Of a DNA stretch of 64,000 nt, positions 20,409 to 33,354 are shown in pieces. A model generated the notes under the pieces. It had not been told where the DNA came from, made no database searches, and worked only from the letters and a program-made list of their open reading frames with translations. The stretch spans positions 5,047,770-5,111,769 of the forward strand of contig MU054466.1 of assembly GCA_013239625.1 (NCBI GenBank), written 5' to 3'. Positions within the stretch are counted from its first letter, which is position 1; each line of letters opens with the position of its first letter. Made by a program: the position numbers and the translations under genes. Source of the stretch: Lama guanicoe. Its lineage: Eukaryota.

Positions 20409-23400
20409 CAAACCTTTTACAACTCACTGGTCCTGGCTGCCTCATTCTGCATCCTTGGAGGGTATACACAGCCTGTAGGCAGTAGGAGCATCATGGGAGT
20501 ATCCCAGGTGAGGTGTCTGCCTAGGGCTCCCTTTAGGGGAGTATCCAGGAGGTGAGGCTGAGGACTCTGGGCAGCAGAAGCCCCTTGATATTCAGTGCCA
20601 ACTCCCGCCCACCCTGATGCCGTATGTGACAGATGTGTTCAGCACAGGGGCTCTGGTGGTAATGGATAGAGTTCATCCTTCAGTCTCCTTGAAAAGAAAG
20701 GCTCATGCCAGGGACTGTGGGTATCCTGCCCTGCCAGGGGCCCCCATGAGTACGTGACAATGTCACGGTAGAAACAGCAGAGGGAGGTTTGTTGCGGGGA
20801 ACCTGCTGGGCTCTCCTGGGCCCTGGTGCATTCACTCTGTGGTGGATGTGCAGGGCTCAGACTGTCTTCTGGGGTCAGCACAGCTTAGCCTCACTGATGC
20901 TGGGACTCCTTGGGAGGGAAGAAGCCTCAGGTCAGAGAATCTGTCCCACATCTCAATTCTCTGTCCTCCCTCTGGGGTTACCAGCCCCACCTCCTTTCTC
21001 TGTAACATGCCATTGGCTGTAAACCGTTTTAAAAGATGGCTCTTCCTGACCATTTTTAATGTCTTCACATTAAAAGACATTGGTTACATGTATCCCCACA
21101 GTGACTGTGAAGCAAGCATGCACTCACACTTCCATTCATTCTGCAAAAACAGTGAGCATGATTGGTGCTGTCAGAACCTTTTCTAACTGTGAGCATGTGC
21201 AGCCTGGGGCCTTGCAGTTCTTCACCATTTGGGTGAAGCAGGGCAGAAACTAACTCCATGCAGTAGAGAGGAGGTCGGGAGGGCAGTGCTGGATGCCCAG
21301 AGCTCTTTCCCACACAGCTCCTTGCTGGCTCCCAGGAAGCTGGGTCCCCTCTCCAGTCTCCAAATACTCCACTTCGGGGATTGGGGCCATGAAAACTGGA
21401 AGATTTTGTTTGGTTTTAGGAATGAGAGCAGCTGAAGTGGTAGAGTGGGGAAATTTCTAATACCTCTCCATTCCTGGCTGGAGAGCCTAGGTACACTGAG
21501 AGAATGGGTAGTCCTTGTCCATTACAGTCAGTTTCATGTTTCTGCCCTATGGATTTTCATGGGTCCAGGTCCAGGATCGGGGGGCTCCACAACAGATGTT
21601 GAATGTGAGTCTAGGTGAGTGCTAGAGGCCAGTGCTGAGGAAGGGAGCTTAACCTTGGTCGCAGTCGCTGGTGATGAGAGGGTTAACTCTTGCCCACCAG
21701 CCCCTGGACCTAACCTGTCCTGCTGCCCGGTCTGGGTCTGAGTGCAGCTCTGGGTGGAAGGCTGCAGCAGGTGAGGCTGGGAGGAGGTGTGAGATCCAGG
21801 CTGCTCTCTGCTCACTGCTTAAGATCATTAATAACCAAGAACTGGAAAGATAATTAAAAGCCGCATGTGGAGCTAAACCTGCTGCTGGCTGGCTCTAAGA
21901 TGGGGCCAATCCTGCTCCTGGGGCCAGGCTCTTGGCTGCCTTGCTCCTTCTCTAGGAGTGTATTCTGGCCAGTGGAGGCAGGAAGGATGCCTCCTCCAGT
22001 TTTGGAGCTGCGATGCCCTCTGCCCCTCTGCAGGAGGACCAACGAAGGGTCCTGTATTACCAAGGGGAGGGCAGAAAGCCTGGCAGGGGAGGAGGGAGCA
22101 GCTATGTTGGAGAGTGAATTGAGGCTCTAGATATTCAATCGTCATAAACAAGGGCGTGACTGCGTAGCAAAGAGAAGGCTGAACCCAGACACCAGACCCA
22201 ACTGCTGTTTTTTTTTTTTTTCTCTTTTGGGAGGCTCCAGGAAGAGAGAGGCCTTTAGTCACCAGTCTCAGCAACAGAAATTCTGTCTTACCCTGTTCCC
22301 TCCTGCTGCTGCCATCACTGTTTCTCCCTCTGTCTTTCCTGTGCGGCTCAGGGTTCACACCACCTTTTTCCTGGGGCCTGTGTGTGGGGAGGGGGCGCAG
22401 AGGTGCCTGCTGCCCACCTCCCACCACTCAGCAGTGCCTCCCAGCCTGTCACCTGCCATCTGCCCCATCCCTAAGCCCGCAGCTGCCTCTCTGGCCTCAG
22501 GTGAGGGCACAGCCAGGAGCTGCTGGCACAATGGCACGCGTGCATCGGCAGGGGACAAGACAGAGACCGCTGACTCCCACCTTGACCTGGCCTGCCCTCG
22601 GGACCCGTCTGGGGCAGAGCGAGTGAGTGGCATTGGGCAAAGGCTGATGAGTTTGCGTTCTCCTCCACAGTGACACTTGTACCTGGGCCAGGCTGGGCTG
22701 GTGCCCCACTACTGACACCAGGGCCCATCTGTAGAATGGAAACCATAACCCAACTTGCCCACCTCTCCAGGCTGATGTAAAAACTCACAGCCAGACAAGC
22801 TGGATGGGCAAGGTGAGCATCACCTGGGGAATGTCTAGCTCTCAGGGTCCTCAGTCCTCTCCCCTTAGCCCCAAGCCCCCCACCCCCACGGCTATCAACA
22901 TAGAGTGGAAGGCCACCCCAACTGACTTTCAGCAGGACAGACAGCAGGTGAACACCAAGGAGCAAAGGAATCCAGACTGTTGCAGGGGTGGGGGCCCTGG
23001 TTTGCCATCAGTGACATGGTCACCGCCAGCCAATTCCTTCCAGGACTGGGGCTGCTCAGCTCAAGAGGTGGAGGGGAATGCAGCCATCCGACTCCACTGC
23101 TGTGTGACTCCAGATTGTCACATAAATCAACCTGGGCTTTACGCTGCTAATAAATTTGTGTCCAAAATTTGGTTTGGAGCCTGAGGTGGCAGGATGATTT
23201 AATTTGCTTTGTCCTTAAGCAAGTAGGGATGTAATTGGAGAAGGGTAGGTACAGATGTTTTGAGTTCTCCCCAAACAGCCAGGCTGCTCCAGGGAGGGGC
23301 TGAGCTACAGGGGGCGGGGCCACTGTGGAGGCCTCCCGGCTCCGCCCACCCTGGGGCGAGGCTCCCTAGGAAGCAGCCACGACGGCAGATGGGGAAGAGG

Positions 23401-25055
23401 CGTCTTTCTTTGACGAGGGTGGAAAACAATTGCCAGGGATAAGCTGTGAGAAGTGAAGACGTGTGACCACAGTGAGAAAGCTGATCGCGGCCACTTACGA
23501 CACGAGATTCGCACAGGCTGGGGCTGCCATGGGCCAGAGGGGAGGGGCCGGCGGCGCCTCCAGACGCCCGCTTGTTCTTGCGAATCCCGTGTCCCCCTCC
23601 CTGTTCCCTGAGGCCCCGGGAGACCTGGCGTCCTCGCTCTGTCCAAAGTCCAAAGACGGTGGGATGCAGGGGGGAGGCCGCAGAGGTTCCCCGGAGGGTT
23701 GAGCAAGGCACTGAAATCAAAAGAGGGCTGGGGAGGGGCCTGAGACCCCACCCCAGAGGGGCAGCTCCTGGTCAGGCTGCTCTGGGATCCAGGACAGGCA
23801 GGGTTAGGCTCAGGGCTTGGGGTCACACCAGGGAGGGCCAGGAGGGGCCCCCAGGTCCTGAAGCAGGAGAAGGCACATTGAAAATGCAGAGTTCATTAGA
23901 GTCACCTGTTTCCCAGGAAGGCTGGCCCAGCAGGTACGTGCATGATTGTGAGGGGGAGGGGACCAGAGGAGCTGGTGAGGGGCCCTGGAACCTGGCCCTC
24001 CTTCCACGGGAATGGTGGCCAGTGCCCCATCTCACCCCACAGCACCCAAGTGACGTGGAGTATGTGAATGCTGAGCATCCACAGCCTGGCTTGAGAGGGA
24101 GCCAGTTAAGTGTTGGAGTGGGAGCAGGGACAGCAGGGACAGGGGGCAGGCCTGACCTCTCACGCAGTGGGAACCAGGGCCTACAAGCTACTGTGGTGAC
24201 AGATGGGGAGAGCTCCCGTCTAGTGGGCCTTATACGCTGCCCCCCCACACTGCAGGAGGCCCCAGGGACCCCAGTCAGAAGGGCAGAGGATCCCTTTCAG
24301 GGGTCACAAGCTCTGGGCTTTAATCCCCAGGCACGGGCTGCTGTGTCACCAACGGAAGGGCTGCTCCTGCCCGCTGCTCCAGAGACACCACAGCGCCCAC
24401 AGCAGGGAAATCACAGCTCTGGCCTGGGGACCCTGGTACTGATTAGCACTTCCTGTCCTTGTCATCAGTGGCCAGGCACTCCCCCAGGAGAGGCACTTGG
24501 CACCCCCAGGCCTGGCGGGAAGGTGAGCCCTGTCACTCGCAGTCCTGGTGGGAGGAGGGGGAGGGCTGGGGTTGCCCTAATGTAGTAGATTTCCCAGACG
24601 AGGATGCGGGAGGAACTGGGAGGGGGCGGTGGCAGTGGGGGAACATGTGTCTGGTATAAATAGTGGCAGTGCCAGCACTGCATCTCCACTGTGCAGGGGG
24701 AGGAGCCCGCCTGGGGTGGTGGGCGGGTGTGAAAGCAGAGGAATCAATTCCAGTAACCAGTCCGAGCAATAATCTGGGAGCAGCCGCGTGCCTGGGCTGT
24801 GGGACTCGGCTGGCCAGGGGGGCAGCCCCAAGTAGGAGGACCCGGAGGAAGGTGACCCCGGCAAGTGAGGCGAGGTGCAGACTGTGGAGTCCTGGGTGGG
24901 GAGAAGAGCCCCAGCTGGGGGAGTGGAGGGTCCCTTCCAAGAACCTGGGCCTTGCCTGCCCCAGGAAGACCTGGGAGGCAACTAGCTCTTGGCTTTGCCA
25001 GCAGGGAGGACGGAGTGGGACCCCTACCTCTCTCGTCACCAGACATGTCCTGCCA

Positions 25056-25816
25056 TCAGAGCTTGGTCTCGCTGAGGACGATGTTGGCGGTGACAAATAA
25101 GAAGCAGGAGAAAGCCCAGAGCAGCACAAAGCCCACCCAGAAGGTGTGGCGGAAAGGGGACCCGTGCTTGTTGATGGTCCCGAAGCCAAAGGCCAGCTGT
25201 GTGTCCCTGCGGCAGAGGTACACCAGGAAGGCGGGGATGATGTACTGGATGCCTGTGCCCGCGTAGGCCCCGGTGATGCCCACCAGCGACTCCAGGTCGT
25301 GGGTGCAGAAGGCCACCAGCACGGGGGGCAGCAAGGTGATGGTGGGGAACACCACACGGTCCACCACCCAGGGGTACGTGCCACCCTCGCGGTGGAAGAG
25401 CGTCTTCCAGTTGTTGCGGANNNNNNNNNNNNNNNNNNNNNNNNNNNNNNNNNNNNNNNNNNNNNNNNNNNNNNNNNNNNNNNNNNNNNNNNNNNNNNNN
25501 NNNNNNNNNNNNNNNNNNNNNNNNNNNNNNNNNNNNNNNNNNNNNNNNNNNNCTCCTCGGAAGCAGAAGATGGCGGTGAAGGAGAGGAGGCCGTAGAAGG
25601 CCAGGATCAGCACATAGTCCAGGAAGACCAGGCGCGTGAGGTGGCGCTTGGAGGAGACAGGGGTGACGAGGGACGGCAGGGAGTGCTGGCACATGAAGGA
25701 GTAGACGCACACCCCGAACAGGTTCCGGACGCCGGAGAAGTCGGCCAGGGGCGGGTGCCCCTCCCCACGCCCGTGCCCGATGCGGACCAGGGCCAGCACA
25801 ATCATGATGGCGAAAG
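25056..25816 (-). CDS. TMEM104: TMEM104 (SLC38A12, putative amino-acid transporter) terminal coding exon; 132 nt in N gap
   Basis: ttccag|CTTTCGCC; AFAIMIVLALVRIG...NLFGVCVYSFMCQHSLPSL...RNNWKTLFHREGG...ANIVLSETKL*; reading frame is continuous across the gap. Confidence 0.95.
25421..25552. other. Assembly gap (132 N)
   Basis: Run of n. Confidence 0.99.
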
Positions 25817-28800
25817 CTGGAAAACAGGAGGGGAGTCAGCTGGCGGAGGAGGAAGCAGCCCTACCAGGGATGGTTTCTGGCCTGGGGGTGTCTGCCAAGG
25901 GACTGGAGCCCCAGGGAAAGAATGACTCAATTTGTGTCACCCTGGGGGTCATCTTCTGGGTCACAGCAGTGGCTGCTGATCTCAGGGACATTTGGTTCAC
26001 GCCCCCCCCCGCCCCCGGCAGGTAAAGGAACATGTCTCTGGGGGTGGGGGATGGGGGTGGCAGGAGGGCAGCGCGGGGGCGATCAGCAGAGCAGCTCAGG
26101 CCCCCGGCCAGGACCTGCCAGCTCCCTTGTCGGCCCCAGGGGCTCTCTCACGGGGCTTTGTCAGCTTCCTGGCACCAGGTCTGGCGCAGGACTCTGGCCG
26201 CTCTCCCTCCTTTTAAAGGATGTGTGTGTGAGGAGCGGGCGTGGGGAGAGTGGAGAGATAAGAGGCACAGAGCACTTGGGAGGAGGTGTCCTCCTGGGCC
26301 AGGGCTGCTGCTGGAGACAGCTGAGGAGAGATGGGGAAGCATGCCAGCAGCCCTGAGTAGAGGCGGGCGCTCAGGGGCCCACACCAGGCAGGGACGTTCC
26401 CATAGTCACTCGAGGTCACTCGAGGGAAGAAATGGCACCAAAGACCAATGCTGGAAGAGGGGAGCTGAATTCTCTGCGCTGCCCATGCCAACAGCACGTG
26501 GCTCCCTTCTCCTAGGCCTGCTGGCACAGGTAGGGGACAGGGAGTGACTCTGACCCGAGTTTGCTGCAGAAGTGGAAGGGGACCTGTGATTCTATCTGTT
26601 CACACAGCGCTCCAGGCTGGCTGCGCCTCTGACAGCCACTCTCCTGCGGGTCCTGCATCCGGAGTTGGGCTCGCCAGCCGGTGCTCCAGAATGTAGACTC
26701 TCTGAAGCAGACGTACTTCTAGACCCGGTGGACTCTCTCCGGCTTCTCACATGTTACCCAGAATTTCCCCGAACTACCACTGTTAGCACACCCAGGGACC
26801 ACCAGTGTCTCTGTCTCCAGTTTTGGAGTCTGCAAAGCCCTGCTGTCTCTGTTCAGACCAGGCCTGACAGTCCTTCCAGCCTGGGCCCCCATCGTGCAGG
26901 GAAAGCCACGATGACACAAGGCACTTCTAGGGGAGCAACTCAGGCAAACAGTGGCCAGAAGAGGCTGGCTGCCGGCTCATCAGAGGCTCAGGGCTCCCCA
27001 TTGTCCCCTTCAGGCCACATCATACCCCCAGCTCCCTGGAAGGAAAAGGCCTTTCTCCCAGGACTCACGGGAAGCCAAACCAATGTCTTCCCACAATGAC
27101 ACTTGGGACTGCGCTCAACAGAAATGTCATTTATTACTTTTAATCAGAGCTGCCTGATACTGTCGGGTACAGGAGGGGAGGAGGAGAGCCGGGAAACAGG
27201 CCTGTGAAAACTGCCAGTAAAGATGATTTGTTTCTGAGGCTCTCAGCCCACTCCTGTCCCTGCCGCTCCTGACTCTGAGGGCACCACGACTCTTGCCGCT
27301 GCAGGGACATCACAAATCCTGCCAGCTCCAGTCAGTCAAGGGGAAAGTGGCAACCCAGTTCCTTCCTTGAGCCCAGGAACTGCCTCTGGCTGAACTCTCT
27401 AAGGGTTGGGACAGGACACCCTGTGGGGCCTCCCTGTTCCCTCAGGGATGCCTAGGACCCCGGCAGTCTGGCTTGTCAGATTTCTGGGGGTGTGCAGGCC
27501 AGAGATCTGTATGGGAGAACCATACCCAGGAAGTGAGCTGGGGCAGGTGAGAGGGGGACCCAGGGAAAGGCTGGATGGGGTGGAGGTACAGTCCCTGTGT
27601 GCCAAGGAGTCTGTCCTGGGCCAGGAAGGGTTACAAAGCAGAGCTGAGCGGGTCGGGCAGCTACAGCTGGGAGACAGGGCCCCTGGGGCCACCTGGTGAT
27701 TAGGTATTCAAGAGGCTGCAGCTGACAGTTCTGCAACAGAGGTAGGCCACCAGCGTCAGGGCAGAGAGGACAGCTGCTGGAAGGCAAGAGACCAATCCTG
27801 CTGTGCCACCACTGTCTCAGGGGGTCACCTGGTGACCTGGCGCTATTCCTGGCCCAGGCCCAGGCCCGCACGGCCGTCTGGCTCGGCCTCGGGGCCATGG
27901 GTCTGGTGAGCGTGTGGGAGGCGGGGAGAAGCTGGCTGGCTGGATGTGAGGGCCTCCCCTCACTGCTCCCTCCAGCTGGGGTGCTGGCTAGTGCTTCGCT
28001 GTTCAGCTTCCTCCTCAGCCCTAAATCTCCAAGAGGCTGTAAGAAACGCAGGCAGAAAGTGGCTTGCTGACTTCAGGGCGAGCTGTCTGGACAGCCCTGA
28101 CTGGCGGCTTTGCTTATTGTAAACAAACCAATTTAGGAAGCAAGTTTCCAAAGAGTTTTGACTGATTTTTTTTTTTTACAGCATGCATGGGCACCCCCTG
28201 AAGAATGTGCACCTACTAACAGGGGTCCTCCAGAGTTGCTGTCTTGGGAGCTGCATCTTTACATCCACGATGGTGTGGGACATTTTCCAGAACTTTCTGG
28301 ATGCCTACAAAGCCGTAGCTCTGGGTGGTAAGAAAACTCTCATAATTTTCCAGCTATAATTAGCTTTACCTGATAATGCTATTACCTAGATTTGTCACCC
28401 GTTTTGTTCCCTTACTTGAACAAGTCTATCCGCCAGAACAACAGGTCTGTTTCCAAAAACCAGATCTACCCTCAAGGGCTGGATGTTTGCTCCTGTCTAG
28501 GAATTAAGATGCCAGAGGCTCTTGAGAGGTGATTCCAGGGGCATTAAAAAGTGGCCGCTTCGTGGGGTTGCAGCTCCCCAGGAAGCCCTAGGTAACCTCG
28601 GGACGAGACGGGGAAGTGGGAACCATGGGGCCCCTGGGAGGACATGGGGTGGGTGCGGGGTGATGTTTTCTGGAGTGGAGACACGGGGGCAATGATCCAG
28701 CCTGGTCTCCAGATTGGCAAGTGCAGTAAAAACCAGTGGTATCCACGCACTGCGTTGTGATGGAAGGACAGAGAGTGAAAGGAAGGAAGGAAGCAGGAGG

Positions 28801-31611
28801 GCCAGGTGCGGGCGGCTCTGACCTTGAGGGGTCCCGGCACTAGGGGCGTGAGGACTAACCTTCCCACTGCCACCTGGCCCTGCCCTTGTGACCACACTCC
28901 GTTGCTCTTGGCCCTTCCCTCCTCCAGTTACTGGAGGAGCAAAGTTCAACACCCATCTTCTAGATTGATCGCCCTGTCTCCAGGAGATAGCTGCTCCAAA
29001 AACTCATTAGGTCTGATAATAAATCAAGATGAGATGAGGATGACAGGATGTGAGCGACAGACACGGCCAGCAAGCACGATGGAGAGCAGGGCTCTGAGCG
29101 CACACAGGATGCCCAGGGTCTGGGCGCCGCCACTGACAGCTCATGCCACCTGGCCGGGGCCGTGTGGGAGGTGGGGATGGAGGCAGAGGAGGACACAGGG
29201 CGGGCTGGGCTTCTCTCTGACCCTCACACGCTGTGCTGAGAGAGCCCACATGATGGACGGTGGTTGCAGTCCCCATCCACCTGCACTGTGCACCAGCAGT
29301 CACGCTCCAAGGGGTGAAGAGATGCAGCGAGTTGCCAGGCAGGATGCTGCGGGGGTGAGGGAGGAGGTGAGGGCCTGATACAGGTCACACGAGGAGTGGC
29401 TGTCAGCCCCAGAAGGTGCAGCTGCAAGGTGACGAGGTGGGTCAGGAGACTTCTCTTTTAATATCTGCAGTAACAGCCCACGTGAAAACAACTGCCCTTG
29501 TTTTGGCAGCCGCACAGGGCTCACCGGGACAGTTCATTCATTCCACAAAGACGCACCCAGGGCTCTCACCTCACGGCTGTCTATGTGTCTGTCTGACCTC
29601 ACAGCCCCTTTCCTTTGCAGAGAGGGGAGCCAGTGAGTCGACCCCCTTCTGAACTCCTGCCAAAGGGCAAAGGTGGTCCAGATTTTTAAGGAGATGAGAG
29701 TGAAAAAACAAACAAGACCCCAAATCTGAATGACTTGCCTCTCCTGGTTCCCCACTTGGCTCTCCCAGGCCCTTCCCCTTGGGGCCTCATTGGCTAGATA
29801 AAGCTTTGAACCGGCCCGGACCTCACAGGAGTCAGAGTTGACTCATTCTTGGGGCCAAATGGGGATAAGCAGGGGTCTAAGGTCAGGGCCCGGGGCTCTG
29901 AGGCTCACTTCTGCAGAGTCCAACCGGCAGCCCCAGTTTGCCTCTCTTGGGTCTGTGGGTCAGGGCAGAGATCAGAGTGGTCAGTAGCTAGCTGCATCCT
30001 CCGTGCACTGGAACCACCTCGGGTGGGCACCTGCGTGCTGGCCTGTGCTGGGAGTGGAGAGGGAAGAGCTCGTTCTGGGCCTCCAGGCAGCTGGCTGGCA
30101 CTGCCTTGGCCCCGGGGCTGTGGCGAGGCTCTCCCTGGCGCTTGGAATGGTGGCGAGGCCCGTGCAGAGCTGTGAAAAGGGAATGTAAACTAGCTCCTTT
30201 ATCATTTTCTCACTGAGTACATGTTGAAAAGATATTTTTGATACGAAGTTGAATAAGCACACTATTAAAATTAAAGTTTTAAGACGTGCCTACACAAAAC
30301 TGAAAATTCCCCAGTTGGCTCACATTGTATTTTGATTGGGCAACCTGGGTTTACAGCGACCACGCCTCTGGGGAGTGTGTATCTGTGAAGCATCTGACCT
30401 GCTGGGAATCTGAAACATTTCTGCCTCCTGCCCCCAACCTCAGCCCGGCTCCTAACTCTAATCCTGTCACCGGCCCTGATTTGCTCTGAGACACTGAAGA
30501 CCTCGGGCCAAGGTGCGATACTGCACTCCTCCCTCCTGAAAAGCTAAAGGCAAAACAGGCTTTCAGTTCCCCTGGGCTGTGACCAACAGGGTGGCCTGCC
30601 CTGCAGCGGGGATACTGGCTGGGCCTGTGGTCCTGGGTCATTAAGTCAGAAGGACATTTTGGTAAACACGTGAGCTCGAACAGAGCTTCTCTGGAACGCA
30701 GGAGGGCTGTGCCCAATGGCCCGCGCCCCTGAGGCCCTAGCCCCAGTTGTCTCCTTTGCAGGCACCGGAAGGAATGCAGCTATCACAGAGGAGGGGGACA
30801 CTTCCCGCTAAGGCCACAGCCCTCATTCTTAATCCCCAAGGGCCCTGGAGTGCACAAATACGCAAAGCTGTGATGAGAGCCCAGGGTAAAGCCTAGGACT
30901 CCTCCCAGCGGTGCCTCGGGGCATCCTCACAAGCCAGCCCCACATCAGGCAGGGCCTCAGCCAGCCGGCCTCCCAGAGAGCCGCGGCTTCAACTCCCTGC
31001 CCTCTGGGCCCTGCCCAGCCGCCCTGCGCTGTGGAGTGGGCCACCCCCAAACACCTTGCTGCTCCTCGAGCCCCGTAAGTGGCTCTGACTCTGACACGTG
31101 CGAGATGGAGACCGTCCGTCAAGGTGGCTGACAGGAGGATGGCATTCTCTTCTCCAAGCAGGGGATCAAGATGCCAGGGCTGCGGACAACGACTGGCCAG
31201 AGTGTGCCCATCCCCAGGTCAGGCCCGGTGCTCCTCCTTTACTGCCACACAGCACTGGGAGGGGCTGGGGCACGGCTGTGTCTCTCAGGCTGGGTCATCT
31301 GAGCTTGGCTGGTGCCTCCCGAGATTCAGGGGGCTGGGAGGAGCTGAGAGGGGTAACATCAGCCTGACCTGAGAACCACTGAGGACTAAGCAGTTTCTCC
31401 ACCCTAAAAGCAGGAGCAGGTGGCTGGGCAATCGTTCCTTAAAGAACAGGACCCGCTGTGAACAGAGAGCCGTTTGGCAGCTCACAAGAGCCGCAGGCCA
31501 GGGGTGTGAGTGGGAAGTCACCCCAGGAGGCTCTAACACCTTGGAAGGAGGAGGGCAGTGGGGGAGGGAGGCCACTGCTGCTTTTCTTCTGAACAAGCTT
31601 AAGTTCTCCAG

Positions 31612-31805
31612 TTACACTGGGTTCAACTGATTCTGCCACAGAGCTGTGTAATCCTGGGGTGGGGATGGGGTCCACTTAACTTGTCTGCACCTCTGTTTCG
31701 TCACCTTTAAAAGGGAGATGCTCATGGTCCCTGGGAGGATGGAATAAGATGGTACAATAAAGCACGTGGCCAGAGCCTGGCCCACAGCGATTGTCCAAAA
31801 ACGTG
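31612..31805 (+). mobile_element. MIR
   Basis: ctgggttcaactgattctgccac..cacttaacttgtctgcacctctgtttcgtcacctttaaaaggg..agcctggcccacagc. Confidence 0.65.
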
Positions 31806-32969
31806 TTAAGTCCCCTTTCTCACTGCAGAAACCTTATTTCCCATCCTGAAAACCCATTCAAGTAGGAAAACTTGTCAATCCTGAGTTCTCACTTAATTCT
31901 CCTTTTGCTCCAAGGAGGACCCAACCCAGGTCAAGCTGCAGTCATGACCCCTCCCTGAGCATCTCTGGCTCAGGCACCAGCTAATCTTTTGGGCTCTGGT
32001 GGTTGGGAGGGGGTGTGAGGAGGACCAGGAACAGGCTGCTCATACCTGCTCTGTGAAGCAGAGCCACTTCCTCTTGCTCCACCTGAGGCCACACTGTCCC
32101 TATCACCCTGTCATCTGGGGAGACTCTGGGTGTGTGCTCTGTGTATGGGGTTAGGTGAGCCTGGAAAGTAATTCTGTTTGGGTTCTTTGGGGCTCACGTT
32201 GGTCCATCCTTCCTCAGTCATTGCCCTCCCACCTGAGCACAGGCTGTGGTTGGGGTAGGGGGTCCTTTCACGCCCTGAGAAGACAGGACACGCTGGGTCT
32301 CTGGCTGGAAGGGGTTCCCTCTGGGGAGAAGGGAAAGCTCACCATGCAGGTGTGTTCGGCTCCAGAAGCATCTTGGCCCTGGGTCACATTTCACGTCAGG
32401 CCAGGGAGACATTCTGTGATTGCTAGCCTTGCCTGCAATAACTCACAAAAAAGTCACCTGGGTTTCCACTGAAGAGAAGAATTTAAAGCCAATCTGACGA
32501 CCTTCCCAAGCTGGATCAGCCCCTGGGGTTTCTGGAGGATGTCTAGCTCTGTAGGTGTCACTGTCATCAGGGAAGCAGAAGAGGAGGATGTTTAAATAAT
32601 CAGCTTACAGGACTGTGGTTCTACTCCAGGACTCAGGGCAGAGCCGCCTGCCTTCCAAGTGTGTCAGGAGGAGCAGGTCGTTGATAAAGGGCAGGTATTT
32701 GAGTCTCGGAAGCAATCAAGCCTTAAGTACGAAATCAAGAGTTCTGGCCTTTTCATCCTACAACTTTCCACACCCTTGGAGCAAGCGGCCCCTGGGAGGG
32801 CAGGCTCTCTGCCCTTCACTCCTGAGCTGTCGGAGCAAGCTCAGTTCCGTAATCGCCGGGAAGGCGGAGCCCAGGGGCCTGTGGCTGCTGGCGGACTAAT
32901 CTTCCCAGAGGCTGGAAACATAAACCTTCACGCTGCCGCCTTTCCTGCGGGCCCTCAGCCCTTTCTCCT

Positions 32970-33354
32970 TGCTGTGGATTGAACTGTCTCCCTCTCTGAT
33001 TTGTACGTGGAAGCCCTAACCCCAGTGTGACTGTATTTGGGGGCGGGGCCTTTAAAGAGGGATTACAGGTTAAGTGAGGTCATAAGGGCAGACCCGGATC
33101 TGATGTGACGGGTGTTCTTTTAAGGAGAGAAAGGGACACTGGAGCACGCTCCCTCTGCGCACGCAGAGGAAAAGCCGAGTGAGGACACAGTGGGAAGGCG
33201 GCCGTCTACCAGCCGGGAGGCCTCACCGGTAGGCGGCCCCGAGAGCACCCTGATCTTGGGCTTAGCCTAGCCCTCGGAGCCGGGAGAGTAAACTTCCACG
33301 GTTTAAGCCACCCAGCTGGTGGTATTGCCACGGTGGCCTGAGCCGACTGAGACA
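32970..33354 (+). mobile_element. MLT1 (MaLR) solo LTR
   Basis: TG start (tgctgtggattgaa); aaccccagtgtgactgtatttgg, ttaagtgaggtcataagg, gtgaggacacagtgggaaggcggccgtct, tttaagccacccag; ends gactgagaCA. Confidence 0.8.

Noticed and set aside
22208-22221. T-run (A-run on the TMEM104 strand) as a possible polyA tail or retrocopy end
   Set aside because: No adjacent retroelement body or hexamer; more likely an internal-priming site
23572-24585. 337-aa + strand ORF antisense to the TMEM104 3'UTR
   Set aside because: Non-ATG start; G/P/R-rich composition expected from GC-rich DNA; no recognisable domain or splice context
24533-25384. 283-aa - strand ORF overlapping the TMEM104 last exon in another frame
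   Set aside because: Alternative-frame shadow of a high-GC3 coding exon; no ATG start
32600-32960. Coding-looking stretch considered as a processed pseudogene
   Set aside because: No recognisable protein in the frames I examined; no polyA tail or target-site duplication
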